In this document: one piece after another, positions 27,080 through 37,112 of the stretch
Position numbering within the stretch: position 1 is the stretch's first letter
How the letters are laid out: every line of letters starts with the position of its first letter
Source of the DNA: Candidatus Harrisonbacteria bacterium
GTDB lineage: Bacteria; Patescibacteriota; Minisyncoccia; UBA6257; 02-FULL-45-10c
Assembly (NCBI GenBank): GCA_016192685.1
Contig: JACPTS010000001.1
Span: forward strand, 529,099-593,098
Reading direction: 5' to 3'
DNA: 64,000 nucleotides
The notes under the pieces: model-generated
Databases searched by the model: none
The model's input: the letters and a program-made list of their open reading frames with translations, nothing else
Told to the model about the DNA's origin: nothing
Program-made: the position numbers and the translations under genes

Positions 27080-27192
27080 AAAATTTTCTGCTAATCTATA
27101 CCAAAACCGGCGTTATATTTTTTAAATAAAATTAATCAAACCGAGTCAAATCAGTTTATTATCGCAAAACCTGCCCTTGGCAGGTTTTGCGT
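27080..27192 (+). repeat. Intergenic repeat module, copy 1 (partial: ttctgctaa-ctataccaaaaccggcg plus terminal hairpin)
   Basis: Shares the ttttctgctaatctataccaaaaccggcg segment and the hairpin cgcaaaacctgcc-cttg-gcaggttttgcg with the modules at 27969 and 29087. Confidence 0.6.
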
Positions 27193-27289
27193 CAGATTAT
27201 TTTATGATAAAATTTATAGATTAAATTTATGTGTAAATCCGAAAATAATTTTGCTTATATTGACGGCGCTAATTTGCATAAAGGCATAT

Positions 27290-27350
27290 TGAAGGTCTAA
27301 AAAGAAAAAGCCCCCGGCGGATACGGATTCCGCAGGGGTCTTTTTCGTAG
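27290..27350. terminator. Bidirectional terminator-like hairpin
   Basis: aaaaag-cccc.ggcgga...tccgcagggg-tcttttt. Confidence 0.45.
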
Positions 27351-27426
27351 TGATACTTATACTATAGCATATTCAATGTTGAAGTCAATTGGGTGTTTTA
27401 GGAATAGTTTATATAAAATATAATTT

Positions 27427-27957
27427 ATGCAAATACCCAGACGGAAGTCGGAAGAACTTAGGAGGAAAGTTGAGGGGCCGATTCATATAACTGAAGAGGG
27501 TTTTAAGCGCCTGAAAGAACGGCTGGCGCATCTTAAACTTGCGCTGCCTGGCTATATCGTTGAGACGCAACGGGCCGCCGCATTCGGCGATCGGTCGGAT
27601 AATGCTGAATATAAAGATGCAAAATCAAGATTAACCCGCACGCACTTACAAATTTTAAGAATTCAGGATCAAATTAAGCGGGCGGTGATAATTCCTTCGG
27701 GTCAGAATACTTCTGGCTCGGTCCAGCTCGGTTCCACTGTTATATTGCGGGCCGAAGGCCTCGAGTATTCCCGAGGGGCAGGTGAGTCGCGGAAAACTTT
27801 TCAAATTCTTGGCGCGCATGAAACCAATCCAACTTTAGGGCGTATTTCATTTCAGTCGCCGCTCGGTGCCGCGCTTATGAATCACAAAAAAGGCAATGCC
27901 GTCACAATCCAGACCCCAACCGGTCCCCAAAAATATATTATTTTAGAAATTAAATAA
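27427..27957 (+). CDS. greA: Transcription elongation factor GreA
   Basis: GDRSDNAEY motif and a C-terminal FKBP-like domain. 176 aa. Confidence 0.85.
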   Translation: MQIPRRKSEELRRKVEGPIHITEEGFKRLKERLAHLKLALPGYIVETQRAAAFGDRSDNAEYKDAKSRLTRTHLQILRIQDQIKRAVIIPSGQNTSGSVQLGSTVILRAEGLEYSRGAGESRKTFQILGAHETNPTLGRISFQSPLGAALMNHKKGNAVTIQTPTGPQKYIILEIK

Positions 27958-27968
27958 ATCATTCGGTA

Positions 27969-28095
27969 AAAATTCCCTTTCCTGAAAATTTTCTTTTTGG
28001 TTATCTTCTCTAATTGTATCGAATGATTGAATAGTTTCAAAAATAAAATTTGCCCTTCTAAAAATTTTCTGCTAACCTATACCAAAACCAGCGGC
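27969..28095 (+). repeat. Intergenic repeat module, copy 2 (approximately 125 bp)
   Basis: aaattccctttcctgaaaattttctttttggtta(t/c)cttctctaattgtatcgaatgattgaatagtttcaaaaataaaatttgcccttctaaaaattttctgctaacctataccaaaacc is near-identical to 29087-29212. Confidence 0.8.
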
Positions 28096-28173
28096 AAAAA
28101 TAGCGTTTTTGCAATACAGTTATCCACCAAAGTTATTTATTACAGGTTAGTTATTATAGATTATCCGCAACAT

Positions 28174-28199
28174 TCTAACATTCTGCAGAATGTTGGAAT
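28174..28199. promoter_or_regulatory. 26-bp palindrome (candidate ArsR-family operator), upstream copy
   Basis: ttctaacattctgcagaatgttGgaa, with 1 mismatch from a perfect palindrome, overlapping the regulator start. Confidence 0.6.
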
Positions 28200-28495
28200 G
28201 TTGCGGGAGTAATGATATAGTGAAAATTATGAAAACGCCGAAACAACTAGAAAGACACTTTAAGGGGGTAGCCAATCATTGGCGGATCGCGATTTTATCA
28301 ATCGTGCATCAAAATGAGGGGATTGCGGTTGATGGCATCACGAAAGAGCTTAATGCGAATTTTAAAACCATTTCCCAACACACTAGATCATTGGTCCAAG
28401 CCGGCCTTTTGAATAAAAAATATCTCGGCCGCCAAGTAACCCACACCCTCTCGCCTTACGGGAAACTTTTTCTTAAATTTATTAAATCATTCTAA
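28190..28495 (+). CDS. ArsR/SmtB-family HTH transcriptional regulator
   Basis: HWRIAILSIV...GIAVDGITKELNANFKTISQHTRSLVQAGLL wHTH. 101 aa. Confidence 0.7.
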   Translation: MLECCGSNDIVKIMKTPKQLERHFKGVANHWRIAILSIVHQNEGIAVDGITKELNANFKTISQHTRSLVQAGLLNKKYLGRQVTHTLSPYGKLFLKFIKSF

Positions 28496-28515
28496 CATTC
28501 TGCAGAATGTTAGAA
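28490..28515. promoter_or_regulatory. Perfect 26-bp palindrome, downstream copy
   Basis: ttctaacattctgcagaatgttagaa, which is its own reverse complement. Overlaps the regulator stop. Confidence 0.65.
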
Positions 28516-28677
28516 TAAAGTTTCTAAAGATAAAATTCCCTTTCCTGAAAATTTTTTGCAGCGGGGTTAAAATTTTTCAAAACATTCTCAAGTGTGTAAG
28601 GATGTTATTTTTAATATAAAATTCTTTTGCCTGAAAATTTCCGCCTGTTATGGATTAAAGAATGCTAGAATAAACAA

Positions 28678-29076
28678 ATGAGAACTTATCAGGAATTTTA
28701 TCAGAGCATCCAGAAACCATTTTTTTCTCCGCCGGAATGGGCGTTCGGGTTGGCGTGGGGGATTATTTATCCGCTGATTGTGGTTGCTGGAATATATTTG
28801 ATTTATCTGGTTTATAAAAAACAAGCGCCGAAAAGTTTACTATGGGTTTTTCTTGCAAATTTGGCCGCGAATCTTTTATTTACTCCAATTCAGCTTGGTT
28901 TGAAATCGCTTTGGCCGGCGTCAGTTGTTATTTTAATAATTTTAGGAACTTTGGCTTTTTTTGAATATAAAATCCGGCTTCATTCCAAATTGATTTTTGT
29001 TTTGCTTTTGCCTTATCTTTTGTGGGGCGCATTTGCCACTGCGCTTCAGCTGTCAATCACCCTTTTAAATTTTTAA
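28678..29076 (+). CDS. TspO/MBR-like tryptophan-rich membrane protein (short)
   Basis: KPFFSPPEWAFGLAWGIIYPLIVVAGIYLI matches the TspO KPxWxPP...VWxxLY signature. 132 aa, about 4 TM helices. Confidence 0.5.
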   Translation: MRTYQEFYQSIQKPFFSPPEWAFGLAWGIIYPLIVVAGIYLIYLVYKKQAPKSLLWVFLANLAANLLFTPIQLGLKSLWPASVVILIILGTLAFFEYKIRLHSKLIFVLLLPYLLWGAFATALQLSITLLNF

Positions 29077-29086
29077 TTTAAATAAA

Positions 29087-29283
29087 ATTCCCTTTCCTGA
29101 AAATTTTCTTTTTGGTTACCTTCTCTAATTGTATCGAATGATTGAATAGTTTCAAAAATAAAATTTGCCCTTCTAAAAATTTTCTGCTAACCTATACCAA
29201 AACCGGCGCTACAATTTTTAATAAAATAACCCAAATTAATCAGATAATTCGCAAAACTTGCTTCCGCGGCAGGTTTTTTGTCA
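29087..29283 (+). repeat. Intergenic repeat module, copy 3 (full: approximately 125-bp core plus terminal hairpin)
   Basis: Near-identical to 27969-28095 and extends through cgcaaaacttgcttccgcggcaggtttttt. Confidence 0.8.
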
Positions 29284-29335
29284 GCGGAGCCGGCATAGTT
29301 ATCTCTTATTAGAGAGCTAAATAGTTTATATAGGT

Positions 29336-29370
29336 TATGTGTCCTTCGTCAAGTGACACACCATCACTTG
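29336..29370. promoter_or_regulatory. Perfect 14-bp inverted repeat upstream of the toxin-antitoxin operon (candidate operator)
   Basis: ccttcgtcaagtga-cacacca-tcacttgacgaagg. Confidence 0.55.
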
Positions 29371-29415
29371 ACGAAGGTAAAGTAGTAAGCTACTATTTAA
29401 GCAATAAATAGCATT

Positions 29416-29673
29416 ATGGAAAATAAAGAATTCATTTCAACAGTTGAGCTGGCCCAGATCTTGGGTATCAGTCGGCAAGCGGTAGCTGACAAAATTAAAC
29501 ACGGCAAAATAAAAGCCCAAAAATCCGGCCGGGTTTATGTGATTCAAAGAAAAGATATCCCGGAAATTTTAGGCGAGGTTTTAACCGAAAGCGATAAAAA
29601 AGAAATAGAGGTGGCGGTTAAGAAAACCGTAAGAGAGTACGGCGAAACTTTAAGATTGCTTGGAAAAGAATGA
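29416..29673 (+). CDS. HTH (excisionase/MerR-like) antitoxin, Phd-like partner of Doc
   Basis: STVELAQILGISRQAVADKIKHGKI HTH. 85 aa. Overlaps the toxin gene by 4 nt. Confidence 0.6.
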   Translation: MENKEFISTVELAQILGISRQAVADKIKHGKIKAQKSGRVYVIQRKDIPEILGEVLTESDKKEIEVAVKKTVREYGETLRLLGKE

Positions 29674-30095
29674 AATCCATCACAATATCCGAAGTGGAAT
29701 ACGTGGCGTTTCGATTGGCGAAAGAGCATATGCTGTGGGATGAGCCGATTCCGGATTTCGGTTCCCGTTTCCCGAATATTTTAGAAAGCTGCCTGGCGTC
29801 CCCATTCCAGTCTTTCGGCGGCAAAAAATTATACAAAGGATTGCTGGAAAAGGCATCGGTATTATTTTATCTGATGGTGAAAAATCATCCTTTTAAAAAC
29901 GGCAATAAAAGAATCGCAATGACAACACTGCTTTATTTTTTATATAAAAATAAAAAATGGATAAAAGTTGATAATCAGGAACTTTATAATTTTGCCAAAT
30001 GGGTGGCTGCCAGCAATCCTAAATTAAGGCGAGAAACAATTGCCGCCATTAATAAATTTCTCTCAACTTATTTACAAAATTTTATGATAAAATAA
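29670..30095 (+). CDS. doc: Doc/Fic-family toxin (death-on-curing)
   Basis: Fic/Doc motif HPFKNGNKR (HxFx(D/N)GNKR). 141 aa. Confidence 0.75.
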   Translation: MKSITISEVEYVAFRLAKEHMLWDEPIPDFGSRFPNILESCLASPFQSFGGKKLYKGLLEKASVLFYLMVKNHPFKNGNKRIAMTTLLYFLYKNKKWIKVDNQELYNFAKWVAASNPKLRRETIAAINKFLSTYLQNFMIK

Positions 30096-30111
30096 ATTTA
30101 TAGAATAATTT

Positions 30112-30885
30112 ATGGCTAAACGGCATATTATTATAATTTTAGGAATTTTATTGGTTGGCGGATTAGGAATTGTTATGGCAAGATTGGCTTCTCCGCTTAT
30201 GCCGGAAGAATTAAATCGCAAGTTTATTACTTCTAATCCGTTAGATTTATCCCAAATTGCGGGATTTTCAAAATATAGAAGCTGTGTGGGGCATGATTTT
30301 CGCGGACCGTCCGCGGCTACCGGAGAAAAAGAAGCCACACCTCGTTCAATGAAGCATTATGTAAAAGTGCGCGGTGATTTGCGCGGGAAAAATGGCATTG
30401 TTAAAGCACTCGCTCCTTTTGACGGGAAAATTTTTAATATAGATGATGATTTGTCGGGCGGTCCCGGAGACCAGCAGATTTGGCTGACGCCGGATTCCAT
30501 CAGCCCCAGGCAGTGGCAGTTTATATTTTTCCATATTGCTTTGGCAGATGGTTTAAAGAAAGGTTCCGCGGTGAAAGCCGGGCAGCTTATCGGCACTGCC
30601 AATTTGAGGCGCGGGCCCGATATGGCAACGGATAATTTTGACATAGCTGTGAAATTTACGCGCCCGTTTCAGGCGCCGGCTGTTGACGCGCCGTTTAATC
30701 ATGTTGCGCAGAGTGTTTTGGATGAGTACGAAAGGCACGGGATCAGCGCCAACGATTTAATTATTCCGGAAAAAGAGCGTGATGCCGCGGTTTGCCCAAT
30801 TGACCCTAATGTAAATTATGGAGGACCGGATGTCTATTTTTCACGGGAGGCAAGTCCTGGAGACTCTGTTTGGCTAAGAAATTAA
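30112..30885 (+). CDS. Membrane-anchored or secreted hypothetical protein
   Basis: N-terminal TM helix IIIILGILLVGGLGIVMA. 257 aa. Higher GC than its neighbours. Confidence 0.4.
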   Translation: MAKRHIIIILGILLVGGLGIVMARLASPLMPEELNRKFITSNPLDLSQIAGFSKYRSCVGHDFRGPSAATGEKEATPRSMKHYVKVRGDLRGKNGIVKALAPFDGKIFNIDDDLSGGPGDQQIWLTPDSISPRQWQFIFFHIALADGLKKGSAVKAGQLIGTANLRRGPDMATDNFDIAVKFTRPFQAPAVDAPFNHVAQSVLDEYERHGISANDLIIPEKERDAAVCPIDPNVNYGGPDVYFSREASPGDSVWLRN

Positions 30886-30945
30886 GGAGAATTTAGAATT
30901 TTAAAAAAATAGAATTTTTCTCGCCAAACGAGGAATTTTGTTTTA

Positions 30946-31167
30946 ATGTTAAGTAAAATGCGGTATTCAGTATCGGTAAAATTTCATAAAGATTTTGTGG
31001 AGATTGATGGCAGTAAGATTGTTGTCGGGATTCAGGCCAAGCCGGAAAAGGGGAAAGCCAATGAGGAAGTGATTAAAAAAATCGCGCGGCATTTTAAAGT
31101 GGCGCCTTCGCGAGTCAGCATTCATTCCGGCGCGCGGTCGCAACGGAAAATTATTGATATTTTATGA
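30946..31167 (+). CDS. YggU/DUF167-family protein
   Basis: GIQAKPEKGKANEEVIKKIARHFKVAPSRVSIHSGARSQRK is typical of DUF167. Confidence 0.6.
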   Translation: MLSKMRYSVSVKFHKDFVEIDGSKIVVGIQAKPEKGKANEEVIKKIARHFKVAPSRVSIHSGARSQRKIIDIL

Positions 31168-31718
31168 AATACCAGAATCATTTTATCCAAGATTTGGCGA
31201 TTATTGCTTTAAGCATTTTGATTGCGGTTATTTTAGTAAAAACCGGCGCGTTGATAAATTTGTTGTCGGCTTCAAAAAATTTAGAGCGTTTTGGCAGTTT
31301 TATATCAGGAATATTTTTCACTTCCATATTTACTGTAGCGCCGGCGGCGGTTACACTTGGGGAATTGGCGAGAATAAATTCGGTTTTTTGGAATGCTTTT
31401 TGGGGAGGCATTGGAGCGCTGTTGGGAGATTTGATTATCTTCCGATTTGTAAAAGACAGATTTTCAGAAGATTTAAAAGAATTGTTGCGGCATAATAAAA
31501 TCAGCAAAAGGCTTCGGGCTTTATTCCGGTTGAAATTTTTCCGATGGCTGACTTTTCTTATCGGCGGCCTCATTATCGCTTCACCGCTTCCAGATGAATT
31601 GGGAATTGGTCTGCTCGGTTTTTCCAAAATGAAAATTTCATGGTTTATTCCGCTGTCCCTAATTTTTAATTTTATCGGGATTTATCTTGTTGGGCTTGCG
31701 GCTAAAGCAGTTTTATAA
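31164..31718 (+). CDS. Integral membrane protein
   Basis: About 5 predicted TM helices. 184 aa. Confidence 0.4.
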   Translation: MKYQNHFIQDLAIIALSILIAVILVKTGALINLLSASKNLERFGSFISGIFFTSIFTVAPAAVTLGELARINSVFWNAFWGGIGALLGDLIIFRFVKDRFSEDLKELLRHNKISKRLRALFRLKFFRWLTFLIGGLIIASPLPDELGIGLLGFSKMKISWFIPLSLIFNFIGIYLVGLAAKAVL

Positions 31719-31726
31719 TTCGTCCA

Positions 31727-31753
31727 TTTAGCACTCTTGACGTAAGAGTGCTA
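31727..31753 (+). promoter_or_regulatory. CIRCE (perfect HrcA operator)
   Basis: TTAGCACTC-TTGACGTAA-GAGTGCTAA matches the consensus exactly. Lies upstream of the 31793 membrane protein and dnaJ. Confidence 0.85.
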
Positions 31754-31792
31754 ATTTGTTATTTTGTGGTATAATTAAATTAATTACCATTT

Positions 31793-32773
31793 ATGGAACC
31801 TTCAATTAATCCATCATTAGAAACCGCCAACATTGATATTTCTAAATGGAAAATAGCAGTGGTTTGGGCGGCCGGGCTTATTTCCGCTTTAGCTTTCGGC
31901 TATTTTTTGCGGTTGTTTTTAGGCGGCGGAAATCAATTGATGGTCTTAACTGCAGCTCTGGTCTTATTTTTGATTGTTTTTGTTTTACAGACTTTATTTT
32001 TGAAGGGCGGTAAGATTGTCTATTCGCTGGCGGCTTTAGAAAGCGGCGGCCTAATGATTTTTTTCCTGGATTATTTTTCTTGGTATTGGTTGGCGGCTTT
32101 AGCGGCCTTGCTCGGTTTTTTCTGGCTGGCAGTGTATCGCGGCCGGGCAGAAATAGACGACCAAATGAAAGTCCATTTTCCCCGGATTGAAAAAAAAGTG
32201 CTGGCGCAAGTTTTTACCGGAATTTCTTTGCTTATCAGCTTAATGTACGTGGAAATTGCCGGTTTGGGGAATTTAGGCATTACCCAAAAGCAGATTGATA
32301 ATCTTTTGCGGCCGGCCGAGCCGATAGTTCAGAATCTTTTAATTGGTAATTTTTCTTTTAATATGACGGTTTATCAGTTTGTGGAAGCGAGTATGGTTAA
32401 TCAGTTAGCGGGGCAGCTGGGCGTGCCGATTAATGCGGTTCCGGCGGCAGCGAAATCAGCGGCGATTAATCAAAGCTTAAATGCTCTTCAGGGACAGGCG
32501 GCTGGCTACGGGATAAATTTCCGGAACAGCGACACTATCAGCCAGGTGGTTTATAATTATCTGGTAGGACAGATTAAAAAAATTCCATCCGGATTCCGAT
32601 TCGCGGTTCCGGCCGGAGTAGCGCTGATTGTTTTTTTGACGGTTAGGGGATTAGGAACGATTATCCGTTGGTTAGTTTCGGTTCCGGCTTATTTGGTTTA
32701 TGAGCTGTTGCTGCTGACAGGATTCGCGCGGTTAAGTTTGGAATCAAGAAGCAGGGAAATAATTATCTTATGA
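31793..32773 (+). CDS. Membrane protein co-transcribed with dnaJ
   Basis: Multi-TM. 326 aa. Stop overlaps the dnaJ start. Confidence 0.4.
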   Translation: MEPSINPSLETANIDISKWKIAVVWAAGLISALAFGYFLRLFLGGGNQLMVLTAALVLFLIVFVLQTLFLKGGKIVYSLAALESGGLMIFFLDYFSWYWLAALAALLGFFWLAVYRGRAEIDDQMKVHFPRIEKKVLAQVFTGISLLISLMYVEIAGLGNLGITQKQIDNLLRPAEPIVQNLLIGNFSFNMTVYQFVEASMVNQLAGQLGVPINAVPAAAKSAAINQSLNALQGQAAGYGINFRNSDTISQVVYNYLVGQIKKIPSGFRFAVPAGVALIVFLTVRGLGTIIRWLVSVPAYLVYELLLLTGFARLSLESRSREIIIL

Positions 32774-33849
32774 GTAAGGATTACTACAAAATTTTAGGCG
32801 TGGAAAAAAGCGCCAATGAAGAAGAGATTAAAAAAGCATACCGGAAGCTGGCGCATAAATATCATCCGGATAAATCCGGCGGGGATGAAAAGAAATTTAA
32901 AGAAATAAATGAGGCGTATCAGATTTTATCGGATAAAAATAAGCGGACGCAATATGACCGGTTTGGCAATGCGTTTGAGGGCGGGCAAGGATTTGGCGGT
33001 TTTGATTTTTCCGGCGGCCAAGACGGTTATAATTTTGGTTTTGGCTTTGACCCTTCCAATATGGAAGATTTGTCTAATGTCAGTGATATTTTTGACGCTT
33101 TTTTTGAAGGTTTAGGTGTTAAGCGGAAGCGGAAAACCTATCATCGCGGCGCGGATTTAGAAATGGCAAAAGAAATTACTTTGGAAGAGGCGTTTCGTGG
33201 CAGCGCCGCCAAGATTCAGGTGGAAACTTTTGTTAGTTGCGCTGTTTGTGCCGGAATAGGGTATTTTTCAAAAGATGGAGTTACTAAATGCGCTACTTGC
33301 GACGGCCGGGGAGAAATTCGGGAAACCCGGCAGAGTTTTTTCGGCCAATTTTCCCAGGTGCGGACTTGCGGGAAATGCCATGGCCAAGGCGAAATCCCCA
33401 ATAAAGTTTGTAAGAATTGTTCCGGCGGCCGGGTAAAAGCAGTTAGGGAAGTTCAGATAACTTTGGCGCCGGGAATTGCCGACGGCCAACTGATTAAAGT
33501 TGCGGGCGCCGGACAAGCCGGCGAGCAGGGCGCCGGCGCCGGCGACCTTTACGTTCGGATTAAAATCAAGCCGCACCATACTTTTAAGCGGGTTGGCGAT
33601 GATTTATTGGCCAGAAAAGATTTGGATATTTTGTCCGTGCTTGCCGGCAGGAAAATTGAAATTCCGACTTTGTCCGGCGGTAAAGTGATGGTGGAAATTC
33701 CGATTGGCTTTAATTTGCGCGAGCGATTGCGGATTGCCGGCGAGGGGATGCCAAAATTCGGCGGCTACGGCAGAGGGGATTTATACGTAGAATTCGACGT
33801 TAAAGTTCCAAAGATTGATCAGAAATTGAAAAAGTTTTTTGAGGAATAG
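32770..33849 (+). CDS. dnaJ: Chaperone DnaJ
   Basis: J-domain with HPD (KYHPDKS), G/F region, 4 CxxCxGxG zinc repeats. Confidence 0.9.
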   Translation: MSKDYYKILGVEKSANEEEIKKAYRKLAHKYHPDKSGGDEKKFKEINEAYQILSDKNKRTQYDRFGNAFEGGQGFGGFDFSGGQDGYNFGFGFDPSNMEDLSNVSDIFDAFFEGLGVKRKRKTYHRGADLEMAKEITLEEAFRGSAAKIQVETFVSCAVCAGIGYFSKDGVTKCATCDGRGEIRETRQSFFGQFSQVRTCGKCHGQGEIPNKVCKNCSGGRVKAVREVQITLAPGIADGQLIKVAGAGQAGEQGAGAGDLYVRIKIKPHHTFKRVGDDLLARKDLDILSVLAGRKIEIPTLSGGKVMVEIPIGFNLRERLRIAGEGMPKFGGYGRGDLYVEFDVKVPKIDQKLKKFFEE

Positions 33850-33850
33850 A

Positions 33851-33921
33851 TGCCCCCACTTGGAATCGAACCAAGGTCAACTGCTTAAAAGGCAGCTGCT
33901 TTACCATTAAGCTATGGGGGC
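33851..33921 (-). tRNA. tRNA-Lys (anticodon TTT)
   Basis: Manual fold of the reverse complement. Acceptor GCCCCCA/TGGGGGC, anticodon loop CTTTTAA, T-arm CTTGG-TTCGATT-CCAAG. Confidence 0.6.
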
Positions 33922-34035
33922 GGCAAAATTGTATTTAAGCATATTATAACAGGTTTTGTAAAGATTTGCTTTGATGTGATTTTTGAGGTATAATTTGTAA
34001 GAACTTTAAAAGCAAAAGAAAATAACTCTTAAACC

Positions 34036-34353
34036 ATGCCTTTTTATAAAAGGGTTATTTTCGGGATTATAGCCATGATTTTGCTGGCAGCGGGAATTAT
34101 TGGCCTGGCGGTTCCGATAGTGCCGCACTTTTCTCCCATGCTTCTCAGTCTCCCATTTTTCCGATACGCGAAAATTCCCATTATTAGTTCATTGGTAATA
34201 GGCGCCGGAGCAATATCCTTACTTTACGTAAAACGGACATTACGATTGTTGGATAAAAAGCGAAATACCAGAATGCGCTTTAAGTTTTATCGCCTGGTTG
34301 CCACCTTCAAAGTTTACGGAAATAAATTGATTGGCAGAAGATCTAAGCTCTGA
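34036..34353 (+). CDS. Small membrane protein
   Basis: 2 TM helices. 105 aa. Confidence 0.35.
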   Translation: MPFYKRVIFGIIAMILLAAGIIGLAVPIVPHFSPMLLSLPFFRYAKIPIISSLVIGAGAISLLYVKRTLRLLDKKRNTRMRFKFYRLVATFKVYGNKLIGRRSKL

Positions 34354-34368
34354 AGTATCAGAGCTTTA
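34335..34368 (+). terminator. Rho-independent terminator
   Basis: aagctctga-agta-tcagagctt followed by T8. Confidence 0.6.
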
Positions 34369-34400
34369 TTTTTTTTGCTTTTTATAATAGAATTATTTCT

Positions 34401-34982
34401 ATGTTTAAGAGCAAAACTATTTTGATATTGGTTTTATTGGCGGCTATTTTGGGCGGGGTTGGATATTTTTTAAACCTATCAAAACCCGAAGTTAATCCAG
34501 TGGTGGTTATGAAAACCAATTTCGGTGATGTTGAACTGGAACTTTTTAAAAAGGACGCCCCGAAAACCATTGCCAATTTTATTAAGTTAGCGGAAAGCGG
34601 ATTTTATAATGGCACCAAATTTCATCGGGTGATTCCGAATTTTATGATTCAGGGCGGCGACCCGAACAGCAAGGATAATAATTGGGCGGATGACGGCACC
34701 GGCGGCCCGGGTTATTTGTTTGAAGATGAATTAAATCCTAATGCTGTATCATATAAAAATGGATATGCCAGAGGAACTTTGGCAATGGCTAATTCCGGCT
34801 CGAATACCAATGGCAGCCAGTTTTTCATTACGCATAAAGATTATCCTTTGCCGCATGCCTACACGATTTTCGGCCGAGTATTAAAAGGAATGGAAGCGGT
34901 GGATGCGATTGTGAATTTGCCGCGCAATAAAAATGACCATCCATTAGAGGACGCGGTAATTTTAGGAATTTATGAGCTCTAA
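34401..34982 (+). CDS. ppi: Peptidyl-prolyl cis-trans isomerase (cyclophilin type), membrane-anchored
   Basis: [34 protein letters not shown]-terminal TM helix. Confidence 0.85.
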   Translation: MFKSKTILILVLLAAILGGVGYFLNLSKPEVNPVVVMKTNFGDVELELFKKDAPKTIANFIKLAESGFYNGTKFHRVIPNFMIQGGDPNSKDNNWADDGTGGPGYLFEDELNPNAVSYKNGYARGTLAMANSGSNTNGSQFFITHKDYPLPHAYTIFGRVLKGMEAVDAIVNLPRNKNDHPLEDAVILGIYEL

Positions 34983-36225
34983 ATCGCTTTTAGTTTTAAC
35001 ATTAATTTTAACGGCAGCAGCGGGTTTTTTTGTTTATCCGCAAAGCCCGATCGCAAATCAAATTTTGCCTTGGCGGTTGGGATTGGATTTAGTCGGCGGC
35101 AGCCAATTGATTTATGAGGTGGATATGTCCGGAGTGGAATCCGGCGACCGGAATTCAGTGATGGCGGGACTGCGGGACGTGATTGAGCGGCGGGTGAATT
35201 TATTCGGCGTGAGCGAGCCCACGGTCGTTGTTTCTAAATCCGGAGAGGCGCACCGCCTTTTAGTGGAGTTGGCCGGCGTTCAGGATATTAACGAAGCCAT
35301 CCGGCTTATCGGTGAAACGCCATTTTTATTTTTTTCCGAAGTTGAGGAGCCTTTGAAAGAGGCTGTTAAAAAAGAAGGATCAGAAGCGGCGAGCCCTAAG
35401 TTTATTCCGACCGAATTAACCGGCCGCTACGTCAAAAAAGCCCAATTGATATTTGATAGGGTTTCCGGCCAGCCGCAGATATTTTTGGAATTTAACGGCG
35501 AAGGGGCAAAAATTTTTGAAACCCTTACCGAAAAAAATACCGGAAAACCGCTGGCGATTTTTTTGGATGACAATCTAATCAGCGCCCCGGTGGTTTCCGA
35601 GAAAATCAGCGGCGGCCGGGCGCAAATCACCGGACAATTTACTTTGCCCGAAGCCAAAAAATTAGTGGAACGTTTTAATGCCGGCGCCCTTCCCGCCCCG
35701 ATAAAATTAGTTAACCAGCAGACCATTGGCGCTTCTTTGGGTCAGGATTCATTCCAAAAAATGGCTTGGGCCGGCATTTACGGAACCCTGGCCGTGCTTC
35801 TTTTTATGGCCTTGTATTATCGCCGGTTCGGGCTTTTTGCCGCTGTTGCTCTTATTATTTATGTGGTTTTGGCGCTCGCGGTTTTTAAGGTTTTTTCCGT
35901 GACTATGACTCTGGCTGGCATTGCCGGCTTTATTTTATCAATCGGCATGGCAGTGGATGCCAATGTTCTTATTTTTGAGCGCACTAAAGAAGAAATGAAC
36001 CGCGGACTGGCGGTGGCGGCCGCTTTAGACAGCGGTTTTGAAAGAGCCTGGACTTCTATCAGAGATTCCAACTTTACTACTATTATTACGGCGATTATTT
36101 TGTTTTATTTCACTTCCAGCTTTGTGAAAGGTTTTGCTTTAACTCTTTTGATAGGCGTTTTGGTAAGTATGTTTACGGCAATCACGGTGACCAGGACATT
36201 ATTAAGAGTTTTTATAAAAAGATGA
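34972..36225 (+). CDS. secD: Protein translocase subunit SecD
   Basis: Periplasmic domain plus 6 C-terminal TM helices of the SecD/SecF family. Confidence 0.85.
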   Translation: MSSKSLLVLTLILTAAAGFFVYPQSPIANQILPWRLGLDLVGGSQLIYEVDMSGVESGDRNSVMAGLRDVIERRVNLFGVSEPTVVVSKSGEAHRLLVELAGVQDINEAIRLIGETPFLFFSEVEEPLKEAVKKEGSEAASPKFIPTELTGRYVKKAQLIFDRVSGQPQIFLEFNGEGAKIFETLTEKNTGKPLAIFLDDNLISAPVVSEKISGGRAQITGQFTLPEAKKLVERFNAGALPAPIKLVNQQTIGASLGQDSFQKMAWAGIYGTLAVLLFMALYYRRFGLFAAVALIIYVVLALAVFKVFSVTMTLAGIAGFILSIGMAVDANVLIFERTKEEMNRGLAVAAALDSGFERAWTSIRDSNFTTIITAIILFYFTSSFVKGFALTLLIGVLVSMFTAITVTRTLLRVFIKR

Positions 36226-37112
36226 ATGTTATTAAATATAAATATTTTTTCATTGGTTTTTCCGCGGTATTAACTTTAGCGGCTATTGCCATAATGCTGA
36301 TTTTTGGTTTTCGGCAGGGAATTGATTTTGCCGGCGGCGCGCTTTGGCAATTAAGATTGGAATCAGAAAAAATTAGCGCCGGCCATCTGCAGGAATGGCT
36401 GATTAAAAGAGGAATTGAAGCTTCGGTGCGCCAGGGCGCCACCGCGAAAGATTTAATGATTCGGATGCCGGAAGTTTCTGAACCGGAACATCAGGAATTG
36501 GCTAAATCTTTAAAGAATGAATTTGGAGATTTCCAGGAATTAAGTTTTTCCAGCATTGGTCCGGCGATCGGCTTGGAAATTCGCAATCGGGCCTTGACCG
36601 CTTTTATTTTAGTGCTGGCCGGCATTTCTTTGTATGTCGCTTTTGCCTTTCGGAAAGTTTCCCAGCCGGTCAGTTCTTGGAAATACGGTTTCGTTACTTT
36701 AATTACTTTATTTCATGACGCCTTAATCCCGGCCGGATTTTTTTCTCTTTTGGGATATTGGCGCGGAGCGGAACTGGATACTAATTTTATTGTCGCGATT
36801 CTGGTAGTGATGGGTTTTTCCGTTCATGACACGATTGTGGTTTTTGACCGAATCAGGGAAAATTTGTTTTTGGCAAAAAATAAAAATGACCTGACTGCCA
36901 TTATTAACGCGAGTATCAAACAGACTTTCGTGAGATCAATAAATACTTCTTTAACTCTGGTTTTAGTGCTTTTGGCGCTTTACTTTTTTGGCGCGGAAAA
37001 TCTCCGTTATTTCACTGTTACCATTCTTTTGGGAACGATTATCGGAACTTATTCTTCTATTTTTGTGGCCAGCCCTCTTTTAACTTTTTTTCATAGGGGC
37101 TCCAAGCAATGA
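36222..37112 (+). CDS. secF: Protein translocase subunit SecF
   Basis: SecF topology. Follows secD with overlapping stop/start. Confidence 0.85.
   Translation: MNVIKYKYFFIGFSAVLTLAAIAIMLIFGFRQGIDFAGGALWQLRLESEKISAGHLQEWLIKRGIEASVRQGATAKDLMIRMPEVSEPEHQELAKSLKNEFGDFQELSFSSIGPAIGLEIRNRALTAFILVLAGISLYVAFAFRKVSQPVSSWKYGFVTLITLFHDALIPAGFFSLLGYWRGAELDTNFIVAILVVMGFSVHDTIVVFDRIRENLFLAKNKNDLTAIINASIKQTFVRSINTSLTLVLVLLALYFFGAENLRYFTVTILLGTIIGTYSSIFVASPLLTFFHRGSKQ

Noticed and set aside
31154-31627. Overlapping ORFs of 113 aa (plus strand) and 149 aa (minus strand)
   Set aside because: They overlap the better-supported 184-aa membrane protein at 31164-31718 in other frames.
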